From Anthoceros angustus (taxonomy: Eukaryota > Plantae > Anthocerotophyta): a DNA stretch of 64,000 nucleotides. Within the stretch, counting starts at the first letter, position 1. Each line of letters begins with the position of its first letter. Position numbers and translations under genes: made by a program. The notes under the pieces were generated by a model, which was given only the letters and a program-made list of their open reading frames with translations, had not been told where the DNA came from and searched no databases. Below, piece after piece: positions 33,150-46,400 of this stretch. The stretch spans positions 269,411 to 333,410 of the forward strand of contig VJWM01000209.1 in NCBI GenBank assembly GCA_010909165.1, in the 5' to 3' direction.

Positions 33150-34790
33150 TTGAGTTGGGCTCGCCAATGCGGTGGCGGCTTCCGCTACGCGGTGGTGGAC
33201 TCCACGGTTTGCCCGCTCAAAGAACCCCAGAGTGCCACCGTTGCGCTTTTCCTTCGCGTAGTTCCTTCCACTACCCGGTCGTGGTCCTGCTACCTCGCCT
33301 TTTCCCTTATCCTTTCGCTCGGCCACGTGCCTCATCCCGCCTCCGCTTATACTGCTCCGCCAGGGCCTTTCCACAGAGGCCGCCTCTTGCTCGGGCTAAC
33401 AGCCTCCCCTGCATCTCTTGGTTCGTCTCATGGGCATCCTTAATTTGAGCCATGAGCTTCCGCCGACATGGCTCAACTTCCCGAGCCCCGCACAAATCCT
33501 CCTCAATCTTGGCTCTTTTTCCTCTAGGTCTCGCTTGTCTTCCTCCGGTTGCTTGCGCTTGGCCTCCCTTCACAAACCCGGCCTTCACTACTTCCTCCGC
33601 CGCCTTGCACATCGAGCCATGTGAGAGCCAAGGCCGCTTGATCTAACAAACTGCAGTCTTGACCATCGATGTGGCCCCTGCAAATCCAATTGTGGCGGCC
33701 CGCGCTGCACGCCATCCCTCGTCGAGCACCTTCCTTCCCAGAAGGTGCGCACCACCAATCTGGCCGCATCCACTGCTGCTGGAGTCCTTGAAAATCTCCT
33801 CCCATGCCGAGGAGAGGTCCGCTCGAGGTTCACCCTAATTCCTCGAGGTTGGTTCATCATCATCCGTCCAAGAAATTGCCTTCCTCCCGCCTCTTCTTCC
33901 GCCACCTCAACCTGCCGATTGGCCTTTACTTTCTGCAGCGCCCGCCTTCGACCTGGTGACGCGCGCGTCCACCTTCACCTTTTCACGAGGCCCGCCCGCC
34001 TTCCTCTTCTTATTGGTGGAAATTTCTTCTTCCTCGTAGCTGCCCGCGCCACGACTCTGCACTGCCCCGATTCCACCTCGATTTCCTCCTTGGGCTCCTC
34101 CGCCTTCCACTTCACCTCCCTAACCGGCTTCCACATGTGAAGGAGGCCACAATTTCCACCTCCATTGGCATGCATAAAGATGGACCAGAAGGTGAAATTA
34201 GAGAGGGCCGGTAGGAGCAATCGTTCATCCTCTCTTCACACAATTTGTCAAAGAGAATCCGTCATCGATTTTGCTTGACAACTTCATGGAGGAACAATGA
34301 AGTGGTCGACAAATAATCCCCGCTTCTTGTCAGAAGAAACCCTGGACCACGGCCAGCCCATCAATCAGGTCTTTGTGCCAAGTCAACCAAGGTTCCCCGG
34401 ATTGCCCGCCTTAACGGCGATGCTGCTGGCAGGCTCCTTTCCTAAAGGTTCCATCACCAACCCACGGCCTCCTCCATCTAGCCCATGTACCCTCCTAACC
34501 AATTCCAGATCCCAATCCTAGGGCCTCGCTCTAATCCCTTCGCCCGATTGCTTGCCTTTCAGATGGCGGGCACACTCTGTCTCCAGTTTCACGTAATTCC
34601 AGCGCTTCTCCATGAAACCCATCCTTCACCAATTCCCCAAATTTCGGACTCTCAATGGTCCATGTTTGGCCATTGCAAACACAATCTCAGAATTGTGACC
34701 TTGGCGCCATCCCCTCATTCCCGCCTCCGCTGAAATGGGTGAAGTCTTGCTCGAAATTCCTAGCGGGTCCCGGCCGTCCAGTGTTCCTTC
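33150..34790 (-). pseudogene. Degenerate accessory ORF of X1, antisense to the element's TATA box; charged/coiled-coil C-terminal half
   Basis: Frameshifted minus-strand ORFs (33307-33612, 33524-33805, 33907-34110); homologous + strand ORFs in X2 (51193-52044). No gag-pol motifs. Confidence 0.45.
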
Positions 34791-34797
34791 CTTCTCA

Positions 34798-37700
34798 CCC
34801 TACTAAATGGGCACCCTATGTTACACTTTTATTAAGATTTGGACCCTGGATGTAACACTCATGTTACAATTTTATGTCATGTAACACTTTTGGGCCCCTT
34901 GTTACACTTTGGCTTGGAAACCATACCACGGTGCATCGTTGCAATCATGTTGCAATGGTGTTGCAATTATGTTAAGATGAAGTGAGAGGTGGTTTTGCCC
35001 TCTCTCAAAATTGCAACATGATTGCAACATTCAAAGTGTTACAAGAGAGTCTTGTAACACTTTTGGAGAGCAATGCCAACCTCCTCCCCATCCACCCGCC
35101 CTTTTACTTTTGCCCTTTGAAATACCACGTTTTACTTGGTAGTTACCAAATACGCCCTTCAATACGACCATATACAAATACTGTATCAATACATCATTGT
35201 ACTATATGCATGTAGTCTACTGATGATAAATGTAATGTATTATTCTAAGTGCTATACGGACGTATTCAATTTCATATAAAATAAGTTTGTATATTACAGC
35301 GTATTACATTACCTTTGATGCATATATATTCATGGTATGATACTTTGTATTTACTATACGTGTAAATAGCGACTCCCTTATAATTCCCTACTTTATAGCA
35401 TGCTGGCTTGCGGTTTGTCCTTCCACGTCAACAATAGCCATCGGCTTCATCATAAGCGAAGATATTGTCCCCACCTATCACCTTATTGTGACGTATCAAC
35501 GAGGTTATGCCCCTACAAGATTGTCAGGCGGAAATTTGGTATGCGGCGGCTTATGCTTTTACGCCTCCATGTAAGGCACTTCCACTGGCCATGATGCACC
35601 CAGAAACTTCCGCCTCCCGCTCGATTCGCAATTTTCTTCTTCCCTCCCACTTTGCGAGGCAAGCTTTGCCACTTCCTCCGCTTCCCTCACACGCCGCACA
35701 TATTACACATACAAACCAAGCATGGCCACAGTTATCCAGTTAATGGGTTTCCACAAGCTGTCCATTTGCCTTACCTTCCCTCCAGCCCCTCCTCTTTTCT
35801 TACGCCCTTCTTGCTGGACATTTTCTCTTCCGTCCTCCTTCTTCCATTTGTAGCCCGTTGTATGTCTTGCCCACATGGCCGCCTCCTCTACTCCTCCTCC
35901 TGTTTTCCTCTTTGGCCTCCACCCTTTATCACGGTGGCATTGCCTCAACTGGGCTCCACTGCGAGTCCATGCATGCCTCAAAGATCCGCAAGGTATATGT
36001 CTGCAGCATAGTAGGCTGTCGTCCTCTTCAAGCCTCCTCTCCAAGGCTCCATGTTCTCTCGCAGGCGTCCCCGTCCCTGTCCCCGGCCTCCATCGCATTG
36101 GCCTTTTGCCGATATCAACTGCACCTGTTGCCCTCTTAGTCCTCCTTCATTCTCTCTCCCCTCGACATGCCTCATGTTCGTTCGCCTTTTGCCCGGCTCA
36201 TGGTCACCTGTGGGTGATCCACTCTTGTCCGCCTCCGCCACCCGCTCCTCCTAGTCCCCTGCGATTTTTTATTGCCATAGTACACAAGTGTGTTTCTTCC
36301 TAGTAATGACGGATTTGCCCCCTCCATTATCACCACCCTCACCGCCTCCACACACCTTGTTCCCGCCTCCATCAATCGTCGCTCCACTCCCCAGTCCCAA
36401 CGCCTCCACCCTCCCCATACATGATCACAGCGGTCGCGGGCACCCTCCACCTCTTTTCCATTATTTGCTTGCCGCCCACTGCAGCCCTCGCTGCCGTGCC
36501 TCCATTGACCCCAATCCGGCATGCGGCTTCCACCATCCCTAGGCAATCCGTGGTGTGCACCACCTGTCACGTCCACCTGCTGTCCTGGTTCCCCTCCCCT
36601 CACTTCCTCCCCTCCACATGCTTCCTCAAGATCGCGCCTCACTTCCACTTCCCCGCTCCTTGTTCGCCGTCGCTTTCCCCATTCAAAGTCCTGTCCTCGC
36701 CTCCTGGCCTCCTTCCTCCCAAGCCCCTTCCGCGCCATCCATTCCTTGATAGCCTCTCGTCGTCCATGTCACCACCTCGTACCATCGTTGCCCCCACCCC
36801 TTCCTTCCGTCGTCTCGGAAAGGCCACCATATCGAGATCCATCTTCAATTCAATGTCGTTAAGAAAAATGGTCATTTCCTTGTTCTCCTTGCAATAGCCT
36901 CGAACCTCTAGGATCTTTTCATACACTCCCTATCTTACTCAAAGGAACTCGTGCAGAACCCCACTATCGCCCCTTTCCACGATTTCCACCCTTTCCCTTC
37001 AAGCAATCGTGCCACCGCCCGCCCCTCGAAGGTTGCCTCCCCTGTCTCCAAGCTTGAACGCTGCCGGCATGCGGTGCACATGTGTTACCGCTTGTCCACC
37101 ATGCCCACTCATCGCCCGCAAACTTAACGTGTGCACACTTTGCCACTATTCTTGCCGTGCGTCTGCGAAAACCCACCTCATCCAATGTAAATAGCTCTTC
37201 ATCTATTTCCTTCACTTCGCACGCGGTGCTCCAACTCCGCATCCGTCGGGGCCGAGGTTCCACGCCCCAAAGTTGTCAAAATCAAGTCCGGGCTCGTGAT
37301 AGCCCTCGCCTCTTTTCTCCTCGACGTCTTCGACGAGGAGGCGCTTCTTCACATCGCCGATGTCTAAATGGAGACCACTGGGTGCGGTGGATGAGCGATA
37401 GCCCGAGGCCATTTGGCCCCTCATCCTCCCCACCGATGCATCGTCGGCGGCTGTCACAGGTACTATGCAGCGCCAGAATGCTGGACTCCCCTAGCAAGCT
37501 TCACCTCGCCATACTCCCCATCTGCCACCGTTGTCCACCACCTTCGTGCCATGCTGAAATGGCTTCCTCTCAGTGAAAGGTGCCAGCCATGAGTCCCGGT
37601 CCGAATTCAAGGCTATTTTGAAAAAGCTTTGTTTGCAAAGGCCCGGTGGTTGTCATTTACTCCTCTTGGCATCGTGCACATGCTACTTGCCCATAATCGT

Positions 37701-40700
37701 AAACAATTTTCACACAACCTTGACAGACTTGGGAGCAAGTTTCATGTCCCATTAGTTACGACGTTACTCATGATGTATTATATTGCCCATGGCTTAATCT
37801 CAATCAATTCGCATTTACCATTAGTATCGCCTTCCACCCACCAAAGATTGCCTTGTGCATCCGGAGGGAGGAGACAATAGACTATAGCATGCAAACCAAT
37901 CACCATACATGATTTATTCCACTTCAGTGACGCTGATCGTATGACGCAGCATGTGTCATGTCAACGGTCAGCGTATCATGACGGGCACCAAACCATACCC
38001 ATCCATTCCGCCAAGCATAAGACAGTCAGCCGGTTTTTATTGCGTGGCGGCATGGGAAGTACAAGTAGTGATCAAGGATGAAGGACTTTCCCATCCCAAT
38101 GTTTAATTACGTGTAGCATATGTCCCCACATTGTGAGGTATAAACCGTCCACGACTCACCGGTTGCCGTGCCCCGAGACGGCAAGAGCTAGGGACGACGG
38201 CCCTCCAGTCCTTGATGGTGACGAGGAGAGCAACCTCCCATCCATCATCCTCGATGGCCATCGTCATTGACGGTGGCCTTGTCCTTGTGGCCATCGTCGG
38301 TTTCCACCACTGTGCAACAATAATGTGCACACACTTCGCAATGATCCACAAGACCACGAATTGAGGGCGGAAGGCGGCGGTTTTGACTTATCACAGTTCA
38401 CAAACACTTTAGCCCGCAGCATGGACTTGTAGGTAGGCTTAATAGGGCCAAAAAGTGTTCACATCCGCACCTCACTGGGCGAACCCCGGCCATACTGTGT
38501 GGTCACTGAACACCATGCCGCACCACGTGGAAGGAACCACCTCGCCACCGAGCAACCAAGTCCCCACGAGGGATAGCCACGTGAGAGGCTGCTCCACGCC
38601 ATGAGTGGGCGGTGACGCCCTCCAACCTTTGCAAGGATCCTTGATGGCTATCAAGATTTCTAGTTGTGCACCAAGATGGAGACATGAACACACGCCTGGT
38701 GGTCACCACCACCCGCCCATTTAGGTTTCCGACGGAAGCTAGCTCCAGGATACGCCAACATGTCCGTCATACATGGCATAAGGTAGCAAGGAGAGCGCGC
38801 GGTAGGCATATTTCCTGAAAGATGTGCTCTTGCTTGTTGCGAGGATGACCAAGAGAAAGGTAGTAAGCGTGAAGCGAGGGCAAGGTGGTGACATTTAAAG
38901 CGGACCACCACCTTCTGACCTCTTGTGCCCCAGGCCACATCGGGTTGCGTGATGAGAGGATCTTGAATTTCAAACCCGGCCCTTACATGCGACAAACCAA
39001 ACATGGCGGGCTTTGATGGTCGACCGTCAATCATCAGGACGATTCTGTTGCCGTAAATACAGCAATGAATGAGGTGAAGCTGGCTCTACCTGACCCCATG
39101 GGCCGCTGAATGCGAAGTTTGTTTTCATGTTCCCTATAGGGTCGGAAACTTTGCGCTACTTGACCTATGCACGCCATAGTGACGCCGTGAGCCGCCACCC
39201 TAGCATGGTGCCGGACTCATTGCGTGAATACATTATACGTTCCCGCCATGATGACGCCAGCATGTGATTGGTGGAGAGCGTAATGGGAGTCTCGAACGAT
39301 TTAACATCATTATTATCTAGGAGAACCGGGAAATTGGCATATATATGGCAAACCACAGTATCGGACTCATCTCTTCATTCCTTGGCATAATGAAAGGGGC
39401 ATTAGTTTGCTTGAATGGCTCTCACGTGCCACCCACCGTCCTTGCACAATGGTGGTAGATGTTGATATAGATTATTACCTAAACAAGTGGAACAAAAGAA
39501 CTGGCTCCGCTTCGACGCTCAAACCATCTTTTCGCACGACGTGTGGTGGCTGTTTTCTTCCATGCCATGAGTTTTCAATTATTGTAATGGTTCAAACACT
39601 CCACCTTCAGCTTGACCATGGTGGAGGGAGAATTTTATTTGAGAGAAAAGTGTGGAACCATTGTCCTTGGTTCATGGCTAAGTTAGTAAGACGGCCAGCG
39701 ACCTTGTCATGGCATGGCACTCGGTCATCTGCCACTCGAAATCAAATCAGACAAACACTCTGTCCTTGGGTCACGAAATGGTCATAAAAAATCACTGGGA
39801 CTATATATGGCATGCATGGAAGAATGGCATACCGCTCGATAAGGAAGGTTTCGTGTTACTCGCACAAACACGGAAGTAAGCGCCAACATGGAAGGTGGCA
39901 TGGCAAGATCGTATAGCCATGCCACGTAGTCCCCTTCTGATGGAAGCACGGCGAAGGATGGTCCTAAGCGGCCGGCAAGTGGAGGTGGGCACGTGCGGGA
40001 GAATGCGGATTCAACCTGGGCGGGAGTGGAGAGGGTGGATGATCATCAGCAGGGAGCAGGAGGCGGGCAGTAGAGAGAGGTGTTGGCCGGAGGGAGAACT
40101 TCCAACAGAAGTGGGAGTTCACGCCAGTCTGGCCAAAGAGGAGGACGATGTTGAGAGAAAGCGCCCGCAAGGGGAGGGGTGTCTCTAAATGTGTGGGAGA
40201 GCTAATGCTGAGCCGACGCTTTGTTGCAGAGAGAGAATCCAAAACTTTTCAGAGGAGGAATCGCCAGTGGCCGGCCGTGACATCGTGAGGGGAGAGGAAT
40301 TTGGCGTGGAGTCCGGAGAAAGAAAGAGGCATCGGGTGATCGGGAGGAGCATGGTGGTGTCATGAGGCCCAAGACCGCCTAATCGTGGGCTGTAGAGAGG
40401 CGGCCATTGGTCTTGTGGACCTTCTTCTGCTCGGGTGATGGCATGATGGATAACCCCAACAACGTGGGAGGAGGATGTCTCTGTGAGGGGAGGAAATTGT
40501 ACTGCCCGGGAGATGGGGCTGGTTCAAGCCACTGGAAATGAGGCGGTTGCGAGGCGGCCAAGAACGCGTGCATATGATGGTCGAGGAGGATCAGTGAAGA
40601 GAAGGATACCTGGCAGTTAATGATGGGGAAAGCGCATACAGCGTAGAGGCTGATGTGGAGATGGCGGACGATGAGTGGAGGAGACCCATTATACCACCAT

Positions 40701-42440
40701 ATACCCACCTACATTGAAAGGAATTGAGAATTGATGGAGGCAAAGGTTGGCGGTAAGCCACACCGACGCCATTGCCGTGTTGTGTGTGCTGATGGGCGGT
40801 GGGGAGGTACATGGTCAGTGGAGCCTAAGGCCTATTATGTGCGATGGAGGTTGGGTGGAGAATGAGGTTGGACCGAGTTAACTGCTGGTAACGTAGATAT
40901 GTAGGACGCGTGAAGCTCTAAGTGATGTGTGTGCATGACTGCAGGGAAGAAGGGAAGTGGGAAAGTCAGGAAGGTAGAAGGCCATAAGGCTGTCGAAGGA
41001 AGGCACAGCATGTATACTAGTGGAGAGAAGGAAGATGGAGGAAAGGTGGCAAATGGTGGGGCGTCACCGCCAAGTGATGCATGGAGGCAACGTGAGATGG
41101 TGAGTGAACCCGATGTGGGAGCGGAGCGCTCGAAGAGATGGTGGGGAACACGGATGTGAGGAGTAGCACCTTTGAGAGATGGTGCAGTTTTGGATGGATG
41201 AGAGAATGCGGGATGCAGATGCAATGAAAACAACTAGTGGCAGTGGGCCCGTTATGGAGGTGGAATGTGAATGTTCGAGCCATTTTCTTGCGAGATCGGA
41301 GTTCCCAGATGCGGGTGGACCGGTGATGGTCAATCAAGAACAAAGCAGATGGAATTGGTATTCCCACCTTTATAGCCTAGCATTTACGAGGGGTCCTTAA
41401 GTAGTGATTGAGGCTGGATAGGTCTAGGAATGTGGAACCCCCGAAACAATGGTGTTGTCTCAGAAGTCACCAAGTGACGCCGACCATGACGCGTATGGCT
41501 ATCACTTGGAAGAGCATATGTTTGTAGATAAAGTTAATTGTATGGCAAATTGGCAACAATGTGATAGAGATAGGGGAACAGACTGTCCAAAATTCCAATT
41601 AATTTGTCAATAAAATCAAACACTTATATATGCAAGGTGCTGAGGTAGCAGGGTTTAACGCATATTACAATATAAACAAGTCTTGGCTATATACGTATAA
41701 TGTATACAAAGGAGGTATATAAGTACACTAATATAATATAAGTACTCAGATGGATGTATATATATGTACACATACCCGTATGTCTTGAAGCCTATATACT
41801 TATATGTATACAAAGGATATACAAGGAGGTAAAATAGGAAGGAAGGACGGCCCCATGAGGGGAGGAAGGTCCTTGTTATAATCATGTTGCAAGGAAGAGG
41901 GAAGAGTATAAAATGGTTGTGATGGGGAGGTCCTTCTCCAACAGTCATGATGGAGGAGAAGTGAAAGAGTATAAAAAGTGGTGTAAGGGGAGGTAACTAG
42001 CAAGGTGAGGTGAGAGGAGAGACCAAGCATTGTGTTAAGATGGGGTGAGAAGGTGGATAAGAAATTGACACCACCAAGCCATAAGAGTGTTGCAATTTTG
42101 AAGTGGTACATGAAGTGAGAGACCAAGCATTGTGTTAGGATGGTGGGAGAAGGAAGAGAAAAATGGACCAACTTAACACCAAGCCATCAAAACATGTTGC
42201 AAGTTGGAAGTGTTACATAAAATTGCAACACGTAATAAGGCGGTGGGAAATTATTAATAATGCTTGTGAGAGGGTGTACCCGGAAGGGTGAGGTGGGAAG
42301 AGAGTGCCGGGTTCGTGTTAAGATGGCACAAGCGGGACAGAACTAACAAACTTAATACCAAGCCTCCAAAACATGTTGCAATGTGGAAGTGTAACAAAAA
42401 TTGCAACATCGGTAACATAGGGTGCCCTTTTCTAGTAGGG
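34798..42440. mobile_element. 7.64 kb TIR element with CCCTA termini and 3 bp TSD (CACTA/CMC-like), no recognisable transposase
   Basis: Left CCCTACTAAAT-GGGCACCCTATGTTAC (34798-34824); right GTAACATAGGGTGCCCTTTTCTAGTAGGG (42412-42440); TSD TCA at 34795-34797 and 42441-42443; clustered TGTTACA/TGTAACA/TGTTGCAA subterminal motifs at about 34817-35060 and 42090-42420. Confidence 0.92.
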
Positions 42441-43046
42441 TCAACAGCAGTAGCGCTGACACGCCTCCCTTCGCGCCCGGGATTTACCTGTTGGTGAGGG
42501 TTTGAGGCTGCCTCCTCGCGATTGCGCCTCTCCGGTGATTATCGCGGTATCCCAGAATGCAGCTCCTCCGTCTCGGCGCTCCGGCCAGATTCTTCCATTG
42601 CTCACTCTCGCTCCGACTTCGCCTGCGCCGCTGAGCATTACATTGCTTTCCAAATCTTTAGGGTTAAGTTCCCGGCCCCCTACGCGATTACTTCTCGTTT
42701 CCTCTTTCACGACGCTCCCCGGTCATCCCCTTCACGCAACCTCTCACCCTTTCCAACTACATGCGGATTTGGGGTTCGACCTCTAACCTATGGTGACAAA
42801 ACCCCTAAATACGCAACCCCTACCTCATATATATAGACTTTTTAGAGGATGTCAACCCATGGGCCAAGGAACATCAGTGGGACACTTATTATCTAATCTA
42901 AGAAACAAAACAAAAAAACCCCATAGGCCAAGGTCATTTTACTATAAATACCTTTGCCTCATCAACACGACTTATTTTCACCACACTTGACCCAAAACAA
43001 AAAAAACTTCAAGCACATTTCATTGGGGGTTTGAGTCTAAGTACAT

Positions 43047-43470
43047 GCATGTCGTGGGTTAATCTCCTTACTACATATCCATGATAGAGAGCACTTAGCT
43101 TCACAGCGCGCCTGGGACCATCCAACCATCCTCTGGGCAATGGGCAAAAAGCTGGAAGGCGATTACCAATCATGGCTTTTCATGCCCGTCACCTTATCCC
43201 CGTTAAAACAACGGCACATAGATGCTCCAAAGCCTGTTGGGGGCTTCATGTTAGCGATTTCTTGCTTCACTGCTTCAAGTCGATCTCTGGATAAGACATA
43301 AGCTGCATCGAGGAGATGCGTTTCTCGATTATCATGTACGGGCCAGTACCACAATTTGGAGTCATATTCTTCCATGTCAATTCTTGCATTGAGGGTGTCC
43401 CACTGCCCGCTGAGTACATGCCAAAGGGCCTGGCAGTTATTGGCCTCTACATGCATGACATCCTTGGTCT
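43047..43470 (-). pseudogene. CACTA Tnp2 middle segment
   Basis: DVMHVEANNC...DTLNARIDMEE...AAYVLS...KPPTGFGASM...GMKSHDW...WICSKEINP. Confidence 0.9.
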
Positions 43471-43499
43471 TTCTCAATTCCCTGCATTCGGCAAGGGTA

Positions 43500-46400
43500 G
43501 GGTTATTGGTTACGATAAATAATTAATGCGCTTGTGCGCGAACAAGGTATCAAAGTCATAAGCTTGGAGATATGGAAGAGCTTGGAGCAACGATTGCATA
43601 ATGGAGCGTAAAAGTTTGCAACTTGGGTCCAAAGCGGCCAAGGACGAACCGTTTGATTTTTTGGCTAGAACGATTGAGAAGAAACATGCCAAGAAAACTT
43701 TTGAGAATCTCTTGAGCTGGGTTGTAAAATATTGTTAGAAGTGAAAAGGATATCGGGAAGAAGAACGAGTCAAAATGGCTCCAGGGCGAGCGGGAGGCGG
43801 TCAGGTTGGTTGGGAGACTACGTAAACTCCACCTGCCGGTGGGTGGTGGGAAAAGGAGACCAGCAGTGGTGGGACTACGTGGTGGTTGGCAGTCTCGGCC
43901 ATGAAAAGAATTAGTATGGGGATATCCACTATATGCTCACCAATAGGGAAATATATAAATAGGACTAATTAGAGGAACATTTGGGGTAGTAATGGGCGAG
44001 GTAGGTAATCCAGATAGAATCAGGTATTTTGAACATGATGAACTCAATCTAGGGTTGCGAAGCCTCAGTGGTGATCATCCAGGAAGGGCAAAGTGCAGTT
44101 TTGGAAGCCCCAACTTTCTCTTCGAGTTGGGACGTCCACACTCCAGGCGGGCTGGGCGTAAACACGGAGGAGAAGGAGAAGCCGCCATCGCCCTCACCGT
44201 CACCACGGCCGGGCGCCTTGAAAGGGAGGCTGCCTTGGGGAAAACCACAGGTGGAAGTGAAGGTGGAGGAAGGAGAAGAAGCAGCGGCGTCGCCACGGAG
44301 AGTCTCCTCAGCGCAGCCTTGGAAGGAGGCGTCGAGGAGGGTAGTTAGAGGCGTTTAAAAGCGGCACAAGGTTGAAGAAATTGGCCGGGTTGAAGAGGAG
44401 AACGACCACCATCGGTGACACTGCCACGAAGAGGAATCGCAAGGAAAATTGGCAGCGAGGCGTCATCAAGTCTAACGTGGGAATTGTGCCTCGGGGAGGG
44501 TTTGTTGGGCGAGAAGGAGGCGTTTGAGCAAGTCGAGGCGCCAATTGGAGTAATTCCTTCCTTTGAAGCAGGAGAGAAGGCACCATGCCTCGAGCGGGAA
44601 GGCAAGGAAGGAGCCTGAGGCTCTTCCTGTGAGGAGGAAAAGAAAGCGAGAGGCTGCGCCGAGGCGGTGAAATGCCCATTCACTTGCTTTGGGCAACAAC
44701 CCCGATTTGGTTGATTTTGATTAGGCAGGAGGATAACATCAATTGGGATGGGTGTATGGCGCCAATGGGCCTACACCAATTGGGATTGAAGAATGTTTCA
44801 TCAATCTTCACATCAAGAGGCACCCTGCGCGTTACGGAAGAAATGCTGGACGGATCCTCTGGCTGGACCGTAAGGAGCATTCGTCGTGTATGGAAGGCGG
44901 AGGAAGAGCTCGGGAATCTCGCCTCGAGAGGACAGCAGGGGAGGAAGAGGATTGCCCTCTCAGACATTCCACAAGAAGTCCTCGACATGATGGACGGAGG
45001 GGTGAAAGCCCATGCCAAGAATGGCTGGAAGACGGATAGCATCAAGGAGCTGAAGTGGAGGCTCTTTGCAAAAATTGTGTTGGGGTTGGTAAACTATCAG
45101 CGGACCTCTTACTTTGGCACCAACTTCCTACAGTTTTTATGGAAGATTTCAAGGGGAGCCAAGCCAGATTAGGGCACTATCATGTATGAGGCCTACATCC
45201 ACCGAGAGACTCCTCAAGCCGGTGGATGAGGAAGGGCGGCCTTGTTACCTTAGCACCTATTTGGTGCATTTGTGGGAGAGGCAGGGGCTTCTCACAAGCA
45301 AGGAGTTAGAAGATGCTTGGCATCCTTGGAGATAATTCATCTCGACCAGCTTGGAAGGCCTTGCCTTTTTGCTAAGGAAGGCGTGGAGGTCGGACCTCCA
45401 CAGCGTGCGAGGCAAGGAAGGAAGATGTGGAAGCAACAAGTTGTTGGAGTGGGAGATTTTCCGCCAGGGGCAAGGCGGGGAGAGAACAAGAATCGGCGAA
45501 GGCGGTTGGTGGTGTATGAGGAGAACCACCAAGGAGTGGTGCCGGGTCCAGGGTGGGGGTCCCACCATCTCATTTGTGCCTAGTGAGCGGCACCCGGCCC
45601 CCTACCTCGGTAGGAGGCGGCCTACAAGGGGTGGGCGGACTACCGTGGTAGTGTCGCCTCGGTAGGTGGCAAACTACCGTGAGAGGAACGACCCCAGTGG
45701 CGGGCACCCTACGCGGATAGGCGGTGACCTGGCGGTAGGAAGAAGGAGGCGCGAGCCATGAGTGGCGCCAAAGCCGCCACTACCGCGGTGGGGAGGCGGA
45801 TGGAGCTTGATGAGGGACCCGGCGCCCGTAGTGTGGTGGCGGGAGGCTGGAAATTTCAGCAGAAGGCAGGAGGGTGATTGGGACCCCTAGGAGAATTCTT
45901 GTGAAGTACCGGTGTGGATTTGAAAGGAGCTAGAGCTAGCCCTCCTTGTGGGCATGCCAAGAGAGCGAGATCTCAAGATGGCGGAGGAAGGCGGGGACTA
46001 AGTGGCTTTGGAAGCCATGGAGTCCGGCCAAAACCAGCCAAGTTGGAAAAGGTGGAGAAGCTCAGACGACCTCGTGGAAACAGGTGGAAAAAATCTGGAA
46101 GGAAAGTGTATGATGAGAAAGAGCCATTCGGGCAACAACCCAAAAGGACTCTTGGAGGCAAAAGGCGGAGAGCATTTTGCCCAATTGGAGCAAGAAAGAG
46201 AGAAGGGCCGAGGCACTAGGAAGGGAAAAGCGATCAATTGGACGCACAAGAGCAGTGTGATGGCTACCCAAGCCATCAAAATGGGGACATGGGAGAGGAA
46301 TTGAGAAGGACCCAGATTTGAGGAGAAGGCGAAAAGAAGCTCAAGCAAAGAATTGCGTGAGCGGAGAAAAGAATGCTTGGCAAGCGTGAGAAGGAGGCTT

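Larger units (their letters stand above)
30550..43046 (+). mobile_element. TGTGG-family solo-LTR-like element X1 (about 4 kb after removing the nested CCCTA element and TD6)
   Basis: Starts TGTGGAGTGTAACCTTGTGTCC; collinear with the reverse complement of 50742-53667; CTATAAATACC about 95 bp from the right end; imperfect TSD GTATG/GCATG. Removing it rejoins Tnp2 (WICSKEINP|..IPMKKQEA). Confidence 0.8.

Noticed and set aside
37130-37160. LDEVGF as an IstB/AAA Walker B motif
   Set aside because: No Walker A motif upstream and no bacterial IS context.
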